64,000 nucleotides of DNA from Sphyrna mokarran (lineage: Eukaryota), in the NCBI GenBank assembly GCA_024679065.1, contig JAGIQG010000002.1:129828001-129892000 (forward strand), written 5' to 3'. Within the stretch, counting starts at the first letter, position 1, and each line of letters begins with the position of its first letter. Under the pieces are notes generated by a model. It did no database searches. It saw nothing but the letters and a program-made list of their open reading frames with translations, and was not told the origin of the DNA. This document shows positions 62,346-64,000 of the stretch, in pieces. The position numbers and the translations under genes were made by a program.

Positions 62346-63047
62346 ATTTTTAAATTCTTGCATAGTCATCCATTTTCTGTTGGGTTTTCTCCTTGAAGTT
62401 CCTGTCCACGTATATCATGGAAACTGCCTATGCAAGCTTATTATACTGTAAATCTAGTTCAGTCAGTGAACACATTACAGCATCACAGTAATGGAGAGTG
62501 ATGTGCTGTGATAAGTTTATATGGGCAGTAATCATTATATTTATGGGCAGAAGAATTTCTAAAGGGAAAAGTTGGGACATTACATAAAAATAAGGATAGA
62601 ATACATCTTCAAAGTGGGGAGTGAATTATATCTAGATTGTTTGATTAATTATACTTCACATTTCAGCTGAACTTCAGAAGAAGACTGCATTTAATATTGA
62701 CTCCTTACATTTCACACTCAAACAGATGATCTAGTTTACGATAAAATTTTAAGCAGCCCAGTATTTCTTCACTCTTAAAATCCCTTGTTTAAAATGTTCA
62801 AGCGAAAGTTTGGGGCACATTTACCATAATAAGCAAGGATTTCAGTACAGTAGAGATTTTTAATAAAGTAGGTGTCTCTCTGTTGTTACCAGAGCATTTA
62901 AACCTGGCAAGATGTCTCTGCATCACCTCTATTAAAGAGGAAGAAAAATTGGAGGAATACTTCCTGTTGCAAGTGTTGAGCAGTTTTGATAGAACTATGG
63001 TTCTACAAAATGTGATCTTTTTATTCAAACAAAGTCAGATTTCCTTC

Positions 63048-63180
63048 TTTGACAAAGGATCATCTGGACTCAACATCAGCTCCTTTCTCTTCTTACAGAT
63101 GCTGTCAGACCTGCTGAGATTTTCCAGCATTTTCTTTTTTGGTTTCAGATTCAGCATTCACAATAATTTGCTTTTATTCA
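63048..63180 (+). mobile_element. Short non-autonomous repeat with a cagatgctgtcagacctgctgag core; copies at ~13875-13978 (-), ~14718-14912 (inverted pair), ~24550-24668 (+) and ~40742-40865 (+)
   Basis: Five homologous copies are visible in the window, several preceded by a decayed ctgatgaagggtc...gactc motif. A Penelope-derived origin is inferred, not shown. Confidence 0.6.
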
Positions 63181-63830
63181 AATTTGCCCTGCTTGAGGTC
63201 TGCCCCAGTCTGAGCTTGTCAGTTGCTTCACTGACTGAGAACTTTGCCTGCACCCTGTCCTCAATATTAATAGGACCTTTAATAGGTTATGAGTTTGACC
63301 TCAAGGAAACATCATTTTCAGACCATGTTGCTGATAACTTAGCTGATAAAATTTCCTCTGAGTGAGGTTACTGTTCTTTGATTCCCAGGCTGCCCCAAAG
63401 CTTGCACTTTTGTACTAAAACACTGCGGTAGTTTTGCAGAACCAGTTTGAGACAATTTATCAGTGCTGCCTTTGTTTAGTTGTTGTTTGTGCTGTTCACG
63501 AATATCCTGTACAGTAGCCATGGAATTCCTTTGTGGATTTGTTTGAACTCCTACTGTAAACCCAGTGAAAAGGGATAAACAACTTTATGGTAGCCTTTTG
63601 GAATTTCAGGCTCTCTTTATCATGTACATATAAGCAAGTGGTATAGTGTGTCTGATTTGCTTGTGCTAAAGCAGAACTATTTTAAAATTTATGGTAGAGA
63701 ACAGGAAAGTATAACTGGATAGAAATATGAAAGCCCTCCTGCTGACAGACATGGGTGTGCTTCAGGTATATTAAGTGTGATTGCTGTACGCAGAGTGGCA
63801 CACTTCATTGTTTAACATGGGCTGTTTCAG

Positions 63831-63931
63831 ATGTTTGAACAGAATCTGCAGGTAGCCGCTCAGATCAGTGATGATCTGAAACTTAAGGTGTTGACGTTGT
63901 GCCTTCAGCAAATGAACTCTTTCTTGAGCAG
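63831..63931 (+). CDS. EXOC3: EXOC3 coding exon 6 (gene continues beyond the window)
   Basis: tttcag acceptor, gtgagt donor. [33 protein letters not shown](R). 101 nt. Confidence 0.94.
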
Positions 63932-64000
63932 GTGAGTACATTTCTCTAGTATTTTTGCACTCCTCCTGTTCAGAGTCCAGATAATGTTGACTGAATTGAG

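Overview
Eukaryotic (vertebrate) genomic DNA, almost certainly a cartilaginous fish (shark), judged from dense HE1-like V-SINEs, Deu-domain SINEs, CR1, L2, Rex1/Babar and Penelope-like retroelements. Two + strand protein-coding genes were reconstructed by hand, with GT-AG boundaries and consistent codon phases. (1) The last six coding exons of AHRR (aryl hydrocarbon receptor repressor; 832-967, 3746-3873, 6446-6648, 15783-15886, 16211-16352, 18288-19509 stop). (2) The promoter, non-coding exon 1 and first six coding exons of EXOC3/Sec6 (ATG 51197; gene runs off the window end). The AHRR-EXOC3 order matches the human locus. Most short ORFs in the supplied track are repeat-derived or spurious. 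Most notable: this AHRR keeps a recognisable, open AHR-like PAS-B region on two exons that could be skipped together in frame and are bracketed by inverted SINEs; a head-to-head Penelope-like insertion with ~1 kb inverted arms, a 14-bp target-site duplication and a hammerhead-like motif in each arm; a CpG-rich 31-bp minisatellite beside its apparent AT-rich progenitor; divergent ZNF143-type motifs at the EXOC3 promoter; and two apparent short locally templated insertions. No prokaryotic system, CRISPR array, rRNA or genuine tRNA gene is supported. Repeat family names and repeat boundaries are from recognition by eye and are approximate.
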